Shown here piece after piece: positions 7,470 through 17,200 of a DNA stretch of 64,000 nt. This DNA comes from Minisyncoccota bacterium (GTDB taxonomy: Bacteria; Patescibacteriota; Minisyncoccia; UBA6257; 2-01-FULL-56-20). The stretch is taken from positions 14,687 through 78,686 of the forward strand of contig DATKNL010000009.1 in assembly GCA_035541435.1 (NCBI GenBank). Direction: 5' to 3'. The number at the start of each line of letters is the position of its first letter. Position 1 is the stretch's first letter. Both the position numbers and the translations under genes were made by a program. The notes under the pieces were generated by a model. That model was not told the origin of the DNA. It saw only the letters and a list, made by a program, of their open reading frames with translations, and did not search any database.

Positions 7470-8924
7470 TCAGAAGCCGCTCGGAACCCATTTCTGCATC
7501 GTGCCGTTCTTCTGATTGTACACATAGAGATTTCCCGCGGCGTCGAACGAAAGCTGGGCCGGCAAGAACTGCGTCGCTCCCCCGTTGTTCGCGAACGACG
7601 CCCCGAAGACGAACGTGCCGCCGCTCGGGACCCATTTGTCCACGCGATGGTTCTGGTTGTCGGCGATGTACAGGTTGCCGGCGGCATCGAAGGCGATGTC
7701 GTTCGGAAAGTTGATCTGCCCGATTCCCGATCCCGTCGAACCGAAGACGGACGAATAGCTGAACGAATTGCCGTTCGGCACCCACTTTTCGATCTCGTCC
7801 TTGCCGTTCTCCATCATGTAAAGATTGCCGGATGCGTCGAATTTTATGGACTCGGGAAGGCCGTACAGCGGATCGTTGTAAGTGTCGTTATAGACATACG
7901 TTCCGCCGTTCGGGACCCATTTCTCGACGCGGTTGTTGTGCGGATCGGCGATATAGAGGTTGCCGCTGCCGTCGAACAGCAGGTCGGTCGGCAGATAGAG
8001 CTGCCCCACCCCCGATCCCGACGTTCCGAACGCCGTCGCATAGACATACGTCGTGCCGCTCGGCGTCCACTTTTCGACGCGGCTGTTGAATTGGTCTATC
8101 ACCAAAAGATTGCCGCTGCCATCGAAGGCCATCGCCCCCACGTTGCTGAACTGGCCGTTGCCGGACCCGCCGCTGCCGAACGCCGTGCCATAGGCGAACG
8201 AATTGCCGCTCGGGACCCATTTCTGCACGGTGTTGTTATAGCCGAGATACAGGTTTCCCGCTGCGTCGAACTCCGCCCCGGTCCTCGTGGTCGAGAACGT
8301 CAGGCTGTACGAGAACGGAACGCGGTTCGCGCAGGCGATCTGGGTGCTGCCGCTCTCGATCGCGGCCGGGTCGCTCCCGCCGTCGCCCGTCGCGAGCGGC
8401 GCATATTTCTGGGATTCGGGATAGGCCTCGAGCTTCGCGGCGCTCCCGTTCGTCACATAGACGTAATATTCCCCGGACGAAGAGGTGTTTACGGGATCGA
8501 CGGGCAGCTTCGAGAACGGCGCTCCGCCGCTCATCTGCGAGAAGTTGACCGGGATCCAACCGGTGCCGTCCACGTTATAGACGGACGACGATGCGGCGCA
8601 GTGATAGGTCCCATCCGCCGGGAATCCGAGCGACGAGCAGTCCCCGCCGGCGCTCGACGTCGCCGCCGGGTCGATCAGCGAAAGGTACTCGACGCCGGGC
8701 GTACCCAGCACGCACTGCTGATTGTCGCGGGCATACAGGTTGAGGGACGTTTCAATCGTCTTGAGGTCCGAGACGCGGATGGCATCACGGCTTTGCGCGA
8801 TCTCCTGCTGGGGATTGAGGACGGAGAACACGACGACCATGATCACCGCGATGAGTCCCACGACGAGCAGCAGTTCGACGAGCGTGAATCCCCGCCGATG
8901 CGACGCTTGGTTCGTTCCGTTCAT
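7470..8924 (-). CDS. Type IV pilin-like (prepilin N-terminus) protein with C-terminal NHL-repeat beta-propeller
   Basis: N-terminus RRGFTLVELLLVVGLIAVIMVVVF carries the G/FTLVE prepilin peptidase cleavage/methylation motif. Followed by ~6 repeats of the type GSGNGQF..P..IAFDxxGNLYVAD..NxRVxKW (NHL). Confidence 0.8.
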   Translation of the reverse strand: MNGTNQASHRRGFTLVELLLVVGLIAVIMVVVFSVLNPQQEIAQSRDAIRVSDLKTIETSLNLYARDNQQCVLGTPGVEYLSLIDPAATSSAGGDCSSLGFPADGTYHCAASSSVYNVDGTGWIPVNFSQMSGGAPFSKLPVDPVNTSSSGEYYVYVTNGSAAKLEAYPESQKYAPLATGDGGSDPAAIESGSTQIACANRVPFSYSLTFSTTRTGAEFDAAGNLYLGYNNTVQKWVPSGNSFAYGTAFGSGGSGNGQFSNVGAMAFDGSGNLLVIDQFNSRVEKWTPSGTTYVYATAFGTSGSGVGQLYLPTDLLFDGSGNLYIADPHNNRVEKWVPNGGTYVYNDTYNDPLYGLPESIKFDASGNLYMMENGKDEIEKWVPNGNSFSYSSVFGSTGSGIGQINFPNDIAFDAAGNLYIADNQNHRVDKWVPSGGTFVFGASFANNGGATQFLPAQLSFDAAGNLYVYNQKNGTMQKWVPSGF

Positions 8925-9092
8925 GATGAAGTTTTACGGTTGGTTGCTATCGTTCGGCCGGACCGCTTGCAGGCAGTCGTACGTGCAGTTCAATCGCTTC
9001 CGGGCAACCTTCTCTCGTACTTTAAGCGTATATCCGGGAGGCCAGGTGTCAAATGGACTTATGCACTCGCACTCCCTGTCACTTCCTCGTCC

Positions 9093-10094
9093 CTACCGGC
9101 CGCCCTCGACCGCCTGATAGACGGCCGACGAGATGTCGGCGATGGACCGCTCCTGGCTGCCGAGGCTCGCCGTGCCGCGGGTCATAACGCAGAGCAGATA
9201 GGCGTCGCCCGGCGCATAGACGATGCCGCAGTCGTGCAGCTCGCGCTTCGTCACGGTCACGCCGTCGTAGAACGACACGATCCCGAACTTGTGCGCGACG
9301 GCGGTGCCGCTCGGCACGCCGGCCACGATCCCCTCGGTGAAGTCGGTCGTCGCAAGCAGCGCCAGCGCGTCGTTCGAGTCGGCGCGCGGCAGGTAGGTCG
9401 CGTTATAGAGCGTGCGGAACAGGATGCCGTACTGCTGCGGCGTCATGAAGTCGAGCGTCGACGATGTCACGTGGTCGTTCACCGGCAGCTGCAGGTCGCG
9501 ATAGATCTCGTTCAGGTCGCCCGGGTCGACGAGGTCATAGAGCAGCGCGGCGGCGTTGTTGTCGGAATAGCGGATCATGTCGTCGAGCAGCTCGCGGACG
9601 GCATACGTCCCGCCCGGCTTGACCGCCTGTTCTGGCCGGATCTCCTGCTCGGCGTTGAGGTCGGGACTGCCGGCGGGAAACGTCACCCTGCGGTCCATGA
9701 GCGTGCTCGACTGCTCCGCGAGCTCCTCATAGGCGATGAGGATCGGCACCTTGCCGAGGCTCGAGGGATAATAGGTATCGGCGCCGTTCACCGAGGCCCA
9801 CTGGCCGCTCGCGAAGTCGGCGAAATAGACCGATGCGTTCGCGATGTCCCCTTGCGAGACGTGTCGCGCGATGGCCGTCTGGGCGGCGCTTATGATGGGC
9901 GCATCCTGCGGGAAGGCCTTCGCCGAATTGCACGCGAGGAGCGGGCTGATGTACCTGAACTGGTCGTCGGTGAGGCGCAGCGGCGGGGGCACCGAAGGAG
10001 CGTGCGTGGTCACGCTGCGGGCGACCCATCCCCCGCCGAAACAGGCGGCGGCGAGCAGCACGGCGGCGGCCCACAGCGCTCGCGGGGACTTCAT
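9093..10094 (-). CDS. Serine hydrolase, class A beta-lactamase/PBP-like family, secreted
   Basis: Signal peptide MKSPRALWAAAVLLAAACFGG. SDN-like motif RYSDNNAA and KTG-like motif HKFG. Confidence 0.6.
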   Translation of the reverse strand: MKSPRALWAAAVLLAAACFGGGWVARSVTTHAPSVPPPLRLTDDQFRYISPLLACNSAKAFPQDAPIISAAQTAIARHVSQGDIANASVYFADFASGQWASVNGADTYYPSSLGKVPILIAYEELAEQSSTLMDRRVTFPAGSPDLNAEQEIRPEQAVKPGGTYAVRELLDDMIRYSDNNAAALLYDLVDPGDLNEIYRDLQLPVNDHVTSSTLDFMTPQQYGILFRTLYNATYLPRADSNDALALLATTDFTEGIVAGVPSGTAVAHKFGIVSFYDGVTVTKRELHDCGIVYAPGDAYLLCVMTRGTASLGSQERSIADISSAVYQAVEGGR

Positions 10095-10138
10095 ATGTTC
10101 CCTATACGACCGGCGGCCGGCGTTCGGGTGCTCCGGCT

Positions 10139-10735
10139 TCATGGCCTTCTGTTCTTCTTATAGGCGACCGCGGTCGGGATGAGCGACAGCAGGACGACGA
10201 GCAGGACGACCGGCAGCAGGTAGGTGTCGATGTTCGGCACGGCCGCGCCGAGGAAGTAGCCGAGCAGGGTGATGCCCGCGCTCCACAGGACGCATCCGAC
10301 GATGTCGAAGATCAGGAACGTGCGATAGGTCATGCGCGCGACGCCACCGAGGAGCGGCGCGAAGATGCGGATCACCGGGATGAACCGCTGCACGACGAAC
10401 GTCCACTTGCCGTTCCGCTCGAAGAAGGCCTCGGTCTTGTGCAGGTTGTCCTGGTTGAAGACGAGCGTGTTCCGCTCGAAGACGCGCCGGCCGAGCTTGC
10501 GACCGATGAGATAGCCGACGTTGTCGCCGAGGACCGCGGTGAGGAAGATGACGGCCACGAGGGCGCAGATGTTGAAATAGCCCTGCGAGGCGAGCAGGCC
10601 CGCAAGGAAGAGCAGGCTGTCACCGGGCAGGATGAACCCGAGCAGCAGCCCCGTCTCGGCGAACACGATGGCGCCGATGCCGAGATAGCCGAACGTCTTC
10701 ACGACATAGGTGACGAAGGCGGTGATGGCGGTCAT
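10139..10735 (-). CDS. DedA family membrane protein (VTT/SNARE-associated domain)
   Basis: GYLGIGAIVFAETGLLLGFILPGDSLLFLAGLL. Real start at internal ATG 10735 (MTAITAF...); the upstream Arg-rich extension was rejected. Confidence 0.8.
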   Translation of the reverse strand: MTAITAFVTYVVKTFGYLGIGAIVFAETGLLLGFILPGDSLLFLAGLLASQGYFNICALVAVIFLTAVLGDNVGYLIGRKLGRRVFERNTLVFNQDNLHKTEAFFERNGKWTFVVQRFIPVIRIFAPLLGGVARMTYRTFLIFDIVGCVLWSAGITLLGYFLGAAVPNIDTYLLPVVLLVVLLSLIPTAVAYKKNRRP

Positions 10736-11364
10736 GCGGTCGTCGAGGTTGTCCGCGGCGCGGATTTGTCGGCGTTGAACACAAAGAGGCGGTAGCCCGC
10801 GAAGTTCCAGGCGAGGTTGAGGACGGTCGCCGCCGCGGCCGCGACGTTGTCCCACCTGACCTGCGAGAGCCCGAAGAGCGGATGGACGGCGTTCGACAGG
10901 ACGGACGTCGTCCCGACGTTCAGCAGGAATCCGACGACGGTGACGGCGAAGAAGCGGGCGAATTCGGCCTTGGTGCGCCGCGCGGACGATTCGCCCGCGA
11001 ACGCCCACAGGCGGTTGAGCTCATAGCTGTTCACCATCGCGCACAGGAACGAGACCGACTTGAACGCGGTGATCGACCAGCCCCGGTCGGTCCCGGTCGC
11101 CGCGATCAGGAGGTCGAAGATGAAGAAGTCGATGCCGGTGTTCAGCACCCCTACCATGAGGAACTTGATGAGCCGCGCCGCGATCCCCTCGCGGAAGATC
11201 AGCCGCGCGAGCACGGCGCCCGCGACGAAGAGGAACGGCATCGCGACGGCGAGCGCGACGAGCTCCCATCCGGCAAGCACGGCAAGCCGCTGCAGCACGA
11301 AGAACCAGAGCGCGCCCGAGGCGGCCCCGACAAGGAAGGCGATGGCGTATTCGCGCGGTTTCAT
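10732..11364 (-). CDS. GtrA family membrane protein (polysaccharide-synthesis associated)
   Basis: Four-TM protein with FLMVGVLNTGIDFFIFDLL, a GtrA-like motif. 4-nt overlap with dedA. Confidence 0.65.
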   Translation of the reverse strand: MKPREYAIAFLVGAASGALWFFVLQRLAVLAGWELVALAVAMPFLFVAGAVLARLIFREGIAARLIKFLMVGVLNTGIDFFIFDLLIAATGTDRGWSITAFKSVSFLCAMVNSYELNRLWAFAGESSARRTKAEFARFFAVTVVGFLLNVGTTSVLSNAVHPLFGLSQVRWDNVAAAAATVLNLAWNFAGYRLFVFNADKSAPRTTSTTA

Positions 11365-11481
11365 GGCGTCGTGCTGCGTTCCCTCTATGGTACCACCGAA
11401 CCGGCGCGGCGACGATCAAGGGCTTTCACGGGCATCCGATTCATCAAAAGGATGACAAAAACGGCGGACCCGGGACCGCCT

Positions 11482-11976
11482 TCAATTTCCCCTTGGAGCA
11501 TCTCGATCTTGCGCTAACGTTATGAACTCGGAATTTTCAGCGATCTCGGAAGGGTCATCATAGAAGAAAACCGATTTCACTATCCCCTCGATCGTCTCTG
11601 ATATTTCGGAACCTGTTTTCGCGATCACGAATATGGGGATGTTTTTTGCATGGGCGTATCCAGCCTCTATGCCTAAGCCGACACCCTTTTCCGAGCATTC
11701 CACAATCAAAAGATCCGATGCGTCGATCTCCGAGAAGCTCTTTCGCATCAGTTCCCGCGGCGTAAATTTCACCTCGCCCCATCTTTCGACGTCACGAACC
11801 ATGACTACGGTATCAATGCCAACCTTTTCAAGTGCATTCGAAATGTCCTCGATAAGTTGTCTATTGCCGAAGTCCCCGTAAAACTTTATGGCCAGATATG
11901 CCTTCATGTTTTCATAATGCGAGCATTGGCGTTGCGCTGACTCATCAAGCATCTCGACCGTTCGATTATATCTCAA
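11482..11976 (-). CDS. Nucleoside 2-deoxyribosyltransferase-like (Rcl/PF05014-like) protein in a low-GC islet
   Basis: MKAYLAIKFYGD...SDLLIVECSEKGVGLGIEAGYAHAKNIPIFVIAK resembles the deoxyribosyltransferase / flavodoxin-like nucleotide-binding fold. Local GC is clearly lower than flanks. Confidence 0.45.
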   Translation of the reverse strand: MRYNRTVEMLDESAQRQCSHYENMKAYLAIKFYGDFGNRQLIEDISNALEKVGIDTVVMVRDVERWGEVKFTPRELMRKSFSEIDASDLLIVECSEKGVGLGIEAGYAHAKNIPIFVIAKTGSEISETIEGIVKSVFFYDDPSEIAENSEFITLAQDRDAPRGN

Positions 11977-12130
11977 AGAAGAGCATCCTCGCGAGGAATC
12001 TCACTGCTCGCCCGGCTCCGCCTCGCTGCGCTTTCGGAACCCTCGGTTCCGAAGGGCCTCCGACACGGGAGGGGCAGGCTGCCCCTCCCGACCCCTCCCC
12101 TCGTTCGATTCCTCCCCCCAAGAGCATCCT

Positions 12131-12233
12131 CATAAAGGTATGGAAAGGGAGTCTCGGAGGCGCGAAGGCGCCGAGAGCCTAGGCGGCCGGTCAGCAGACC
12201 GGAACGCCGTCCCTTTCCATACCTTTATGAGGA
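12131..12233. repeat. 103-bp element with perfect 23-bp terminal inverted repeats (cctcataaaggtatggaaaggga ... tccctttccatacctttatgagg) around a GC-rich 57-bp core, abutting the 3' end of tRNA-Arg
   Basis: Read directly from the sequence. The AT-rich arms and GC-rich palindromic core (ggcgcgaaggcgcc, ccggtcagcagaccgg) are unusual in a 65%-GC background. Confidence 0.7.
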
Positions 12234-12235
12234 TG

Positions 12236-12307
12236 TGCCCTCGCGAGGAATCGAACCTCGATTACAAGATCCGCAATCTTGCGTCCTATCCGTTGAACGA
12301 CGAGGGC
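12236..12307 (-). tRNA. tRNA-Arg (anticodon GCG), no encoded CCA
   Basis: Reverse complement GCCCTCGTCGTTCAACGGATAGGACGCAAGATTGCGGATCTTGTAATCGAGGTTCGATTCCTCGCGAGGGCA. Canonical cloverleaf: anticodon stem CAAGA/TCTTG, loop TTGCGGA (G34 C35 G36, G37), T-arm CGAGG-TTCGATT-CCTCG. Confidence 0.7.
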
Positions 12308-12329
12308 GAATCGCCGCGCTCTAAGCGTA

Positions 12330-12797
12330 CTAGAACCGCAGGATTTTTTCAATCGCGTCGAGGAGCGACGGCTCGTGCTCGACTTCCTTCAGGACGCCCT
12401 TCAGGTCGGCGCGCAGCTCGTCGACGCGGTCGCCGGGCAGGAGTACCTTGAGCGCCGGGCGCACGCGCGAGCGGAAGTTCAGATAGAGGTCGGCGAACGG
12501 GTCGCCCGCGGGCGCGGTGCTCCAGCTCTCGAACTCGCGCAGCTCGTGGTAGCGGCGGCCGTCGACCATGATCCCCTGGTCGTCGAGCGTGAACGGGATC
12601 TCGCGCGGCGTGCGGTTGCCCCAGACGATGAGCAGGATGCCCGCGACCGTGATGAAGAAGCCGAAGAGGAAGTTGCGGGTGACGACCGAGAACGCGACGA
12701 TGGCCGCGGCCGCGATCACGAGGATCCAGTACCATGAGACGTCCTTCTCGCGGTACTCGAATTCGGGAGCCTCCCACTGCATGAGGAACTTCGCCAT
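12330..12797 (-). CDS. Hypothetical membrane protein (2 TM)
   Basis: WYWILVIAAAAIVAFSVVTRNFLFGFFITVAGILLIVWG. Upstream of hup in the same orientation. Confidence 0.55.
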   Translation of the reverse strand: MAKFLMQWEAPEFEYREKDVSWYWILVIAAAAIVAFSVVTRNFLFGFFITVAGILLIVWGNRTPREIPFTLDDQGIMVDGRRYHELREFESWSTAPAGDPFADLYLNFRSRVRPALKVLLPGDRVDELRADLKGVLKEVEHEPSLLDAIEKILRF

Positions 12798-12929
12798 ATG
12801 GCTATTTTAGCACGGTTCCCATTCGCACATTCGTAAGAATCCGTACGTTCGCACCACCACAAACGAAAACCGCCCCTCGCGTGAGCGGTGGGCGGCTCCG
12901 TTTCTTAGAAAAGGATCCTTTTCCAATCG

Positions 12930-13205
12930 CTAGAGGACGGCTTCCTTGAGAAGCTTGCCTGCGCGGAACTTCGGCTTGACCGACGCCTTGATCTGGATCT
13001 TCTCGCCGGTCTTCGGGTTGCGGCCCTCGCGCGCGGCGCGCTTCGCCACGCGGAACGTTCCGAATCCCGCGATCGCCACCTCTTCGCCGTGGCTCATCGT
13101 CTTCACGATGGTGTCGAACACGGCGTCGACGGCGCGCTCCGATTCGGCCTTGGTCTGCATGCCTGCAGCCTTCATGACCGCTTCCACTAATCCCTTTTTG
13201 TTCAT
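12930..13205 (-). CDS. hup: HU family DNA-binding protein
   Basis: MNKKGLVEAVMKAAGMQTKAESERAVDAVFDTIVKTMSHGEEVAIAGFGTFRVAKRAAREGRNPKTGEKIQIKASVKPKF, a classic HU beta-arm signature. Confidence 0.85.
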   Translation of the reverse strand: MNKKGLVEAVMKAAGMQTKAESERAVDAVFDTIVKTMSHGEEVAIAGFGTFRVAKRAAREGRNPKTGEKIQIKASVKPKFRAGKLLKEAVL

Positions 13206-13310
13206 GGTTAGGTGTTGGGTGTTCCGACCTTTAGGGTTCCCCATTATTATAGCAAAACCAAGGGTTTTCTGCGCAAGAGGGGCGGATTCCGAAACGACCG
13301 GCGGGTTATG

Positions 13311-14081
13311 TCAACTCTCGTCCTGCCGCTTAGCCCCCTCCTCTTTCAAAAAGTTCTGGATGTCGGTCACGGTCCCCATGAGCTGCGCCGGGAAGATGAT
13401 CGTCGAGTTCTTCTCGGTTGCGATCTCGGCGAGCGTCTGCAGATTGCGCAGCTGGAGCGCGATCGGGTGGGCCATCATGATGTCGGCCGTGTCGGCGAGC
13501 TTCTGCGCCGAGAGGTATTCCCCTTCCGCCGAGATGATCTTGGCCCGCTTCTCGCGCTCGGCCTCGGCCTGTTTGGCGATCGCCCGCTGCATGTCGTCGG
13601 GCAGCTGGATGTCCTTGATCTCGACCGCGCTCACGACGACGCCCCACTGCTCGGTGTAGCCGTCGAGGATCTTCGTGATCTCGGCGTTGATGACGTCCCG
13701 CTCGGACAGGATCTCGTCGAGCTGGAACTTGCCGACCACGTTCCTGAGCGACGTCTGCGCGATCTGGTCGATCGCGTCACGGACGTTCTGGATGGCGACG
13801 ATGCTCTTCACGGGGTCGACGATGCGGTAGTACGAGACGGCCGAGACGTCGACCGACACGTTGTCCTTCGTGATGATCTTCTGCGCGGGCACCGGCAGGG
13901 TGATCGTGCGCAGGTCGACGGTGCGGAGCGATTCGAAGACCGGGATGACCCACGTGAGCCCCGGCGCGCGTTCGGCCACGATCCGTCCGAAGCGGAAGAC
14001 GACGCCCTTCTGGTACTGCTGCACGACCCTGAGGCCCGCGAGGATGACGACGACGAGCGCGACAATGATATAGGTGGTCAT
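13311..14081 (-). CDS. SPFH/band-7 (stomatin/HflC-like) membrane protein
   Basis: N-terminal TM plus QQYQKGVVFRFGRIVAERAPGLTWVIPVFESLRTVDLRTITL; C-terminal coiled coil AKQAEAEREKRAKIISAEGE. Confidence 0.85.
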   Translation of the reverse strand: MTTYIIVALVVVILAGLRVVQQYQKGVVFRFGRIVAERAPGLTWVIPVFESLRTVDLRTITLPVPAQKIITKDNVSVDVSAVSYYRIVDPVKSIVAIQNVRDAIDQIAQTSLRNVVGKFQLDEILSERDVINAEITKILDGYTEQWGVVVSAVEIKDIQLPDDMQRAIAKQAEAEREKRAKIISAEGEYLSAQKLADTADIMMAHPIALQLRNLQTLAEIATEKNSTIIFPAQLMGTVTDIQNFLKEEGAKRQDES

Positions 14082-14127
14082 GCTTGAACGATAGCACCGG
14101 GCGGGCGGGCGTCAAGAACGGCCGGCC

Positions 14128-14160
14128 GAAAACAAAACCAGCCCCTTGCGGGGCTGGTTT
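14128..14160 (-). terminator. Rho-independent terminator after the large surface-protein gene
   Basis: Hairpin CCAGCCCC-TTGC-GGGGCTGG followed, on the minus strand, by TTTTGTTTT. Confidence 0.6.
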
Positions 14161-14211
14161 GCCGATCGCGGTGTCACAAGTACCGCGAAGCGAAGCCTTT
14201 CGTCGGGTTCG

Positions 14212-17200
14212 TTACGAACCCGACGGGAAGACGATCGACGCAGAGAGCGGAAGTGCGACGTTGCCAGGAAGGATCTGCGGGATGCTCGTGATGAGCAGGC
14301 CCTGCGAATCCAAGCTGTCGACATACTGCATGTCCGTCGTGTTCTGCAGGTTGACCGTCAACCCGGGCGAGATACCGTTGGCCGGGGTCGCCGTGCCGGC
14401 GTTGTCGTTCACGCGAACCGTGAAGGTGACGTTGCCGCCATTGCTGATCTGGGCGAACGGAGAGCTCGTGGCGAAAACCCATGTCTTCGAGGCTCCGCCG
14501 GCAACACCGGCAGTTGAGCTCGTGGAAAGGATTCCATCGGTCGTGATCGACTGACCGTTCTGGTCAATGAGATCGACGCCCTGCATGAAGGTCGAAGTCG
14601 CGCTCGTAGTAGCGATAAGCGTACCTGTGAAGGTAAGCGTAAGCTGCTTCACGGCCGCGGCGCCAGCGCTGTTCGCGCTAAACGTCACCGTCGCCATGTT
14701 GTCGTTCGTCACGCGCGAGTTGTGCGTGCCGACCGACGCGAGCTGCGGGACAAGGGTCGTCCGGAGCACCGTCTGGTTGTTGCCAGAAGCGCTCTGGAGC
14801 GTCACGTTGGCCGTGTGGTTCGAAGTCGCGCCGCGGGCCACAACGGCGAGGGCCGTCGTGTTGTTGATCGAATCCGTCGTCGTCATGATGCCGAAGCTTG
14901 ACGTCGAATTGTCGGTGATCGAACCGCCCGTGAACGAACCCGCATCACCCTTGAGCGAGACCGAGAGCGAACCGCCAGCCGGAACGACCAACGGGTTGCT
15001 CAGGCTCGTGAACTGGTAGATGTAACCGGTTCCCGAAGCATCGATCGTCGGGCTGCCAGCCGTGCCGAGAAGCGTCGAGCCGTTATAGAGGCTCAGGTTG
15101 CTGAAGGCAGCCTTGACGCTTGTACTCACAACGGAATCAACGACATTGAGCTGCGTGATCTTCACGTTCTCGACGTTCGACGTTTCCGTAACGCGGAAGA
15201 CGGCGAGCGTGTTGCCAGGCGAGTTCTGGACGATCTGGCCAGCCGGAGGATTCGTGGAATCCGCGCTGATGGTGATCGACGGGGTTCCGTTGAATGCCAG
15301 GTTCTGACCAGGCGTCGAGTTGCAGGAAACCGAGCTAAACGAGGTAGCGCCGGATCCCGTGCAGCCTGCGAGGGACGTGATGTTCGAGACCGTACCCGTC
15401 GCGTTCGACAAGGTGTCGGCATAGACGTCGACAGTCGCCGTACCGCCGACCGGAACGCTGAATTGCGCACCCGAGAAGGTGTAGGTCTGACCGCCGGCCA
15501 CCGAACCGATCGTCGAACCGAACTGGGTGCCGTTCACGAGCACATGGAGGTTCTGCAGGTAGTTGCTCGCCCCGCTGGGGAGAGACACCTGGACGTTGTT
15601 CACGTTCACGCCTTCAGCCGACGAGGCCTGGAAAACGTACGAACCGATGCGCTGGTTGGTGACACCAGCCGAGACGTTCTGCTGACCCAAGGCGTTGTTC
15701 GCGCTCACCGAAAGGCTGTTGGCAGCCATCGAGAGGGCGACACCGTTCGCGCCAGCGATATTGGTCGTCTGGCTCGAAATGACACCCTGAAGAGGCGCGT
15801 TGGTCTCAGGAAGCAAATTCGCGGTGACCGTCGAGAAGTTCGCGGTCGTCTGGATATCTGCCTTGAGCGAGAGGACGCGGTTGGTGTTCGCAGGGATCTG
15901 ATAGTTGATCTGCGAACCCGACGTGCCGAAGCAGTCGTAGTAGGTCAGCGTCTGAAGCGTGGTCGTAGCAGCCGGCCACGAACCACCAGACGTGTATCCA
16001 CCACCAACAGTGGCATCACAGCCGGTATTCCCGGACGGAGGCGTGTTGATCGTGGAACCGACCTGGTTACCGGCATCATCCGTGAGCGAAATGTTCTTCA
16101 CGACCATCCCCAATGAGGTGTCGGAAGCGACATTCAATCCTGTGAATGCCAGGTCGAAGCCAGCCCAGCGAAGACGGACAGGCTCACCGGACGCATAGAC
16201 GTCATATTTCGCGAGCGTGACCTGCGAGGTTCCCCGCGCAATGTTGCCCGTCGGAGTATTAGCATCCTGCGTAACAGTGATCTGACCCTGCTGAATGCTG
16301 ACCTGCGTGCCGATACCGCTCGTGTTAACGACGGTAACCGGCACGTTGTACTGGCTGTCAATAGCCAGCACGTCGTAACCGTTCAAAACTTCGAACTGGA
16401 AGTTCATGAAAGGCGACCCCATCACATCCGCAAAGACCTGGATGCTGTTGTTGCCCGTCGAGAGCTTCACCGGCGAAGCCGAAAGGTCGAAATAGGCCAT
16501 GCCGTTCTGCGAAATGGACGACAAGGTCTTACCCGCCTGGGTTCCATTGATCGTCAGCTTCACGTTCTGAAGGTTGGCGAGGTTCGCCGAACCGATAACG
16601 TGGAAGTTGACGCCCTGGAGCCAGACCGGGTTGTTGTTGGCGTTGAACTGCCAGGCGCCCACGAGGTTTGCCTGCGTTCCGGCCGTCACCTGCGTGCCGA
16701 TCGAAGACGAGGTAATCGTGAGCGAGGCGAGGTTCGGATTCGAAACAGTCGTCACCGTGAAGGAGCCGCTGTTCACCGGGAACACACCCGTCGCCGTCAC
16801 CGCCGTGTTGCTGCCGGTCCACGCCGAAACATCAGACGCGCTCTGAAGCGAGAACGCCGTGGTGTTGCCAGCCGCGAGACCGCCAGCGACATCAATCGCG
16901 AGCGTCACATTCGCGGTCTGACCGGCTCCGATGGAGAGGTTGAGACCTGCGAAATCGATGACACCCTGGTTGATGGAATTGTACTGCGCGATGACCTGAC
17001 CGTTCTGGGTAAGGTATGCGCCCGAAATCGAGTTATCCGCCAAGACACCCGTCTTGTGGAACTTCAATTCCGAAACCGTCACCGCGCCGGAGTTGCCGGC
17101 CGTGAGGTTGACCGAGAGGACCGGGACGCGAGCCGCACCGTAGCAAGTGCCCGTGCACGTGCTGGGGGTCGAGATCAGCGAGCCCGAAACCGGGTTGTTT

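Noticed and set aside
7455-10163. 902-aa plus-strand ORF spanning the pilin and beta-lactamase-like genes
   Set aside because: Extreme Arg/Gly/Val/Asp composition typical of antisense reading of high-GC genes, while the minus strand has clear prepilin/NHL and SDN/KTG motifs. The same reasoning rejects plus ORFs 21066..22919, 33019..34854, 35176..36225, 60434..62701, 31748..32380 and 5074..6390, and minus ORFs 38891..41350, 46573..48423, 25793..26617 and 63077..63979.
12040-12125. GC-rich hairpin GGGAGGGGCAGGCTGCCCCTCCC as an intrinsic terminator
   Set aside because: No adjacent U-tract on either strand, and it lies upstream rather than downstream of the nearest gene. Noted only as part of the structured tRNA-Arg flanking region.
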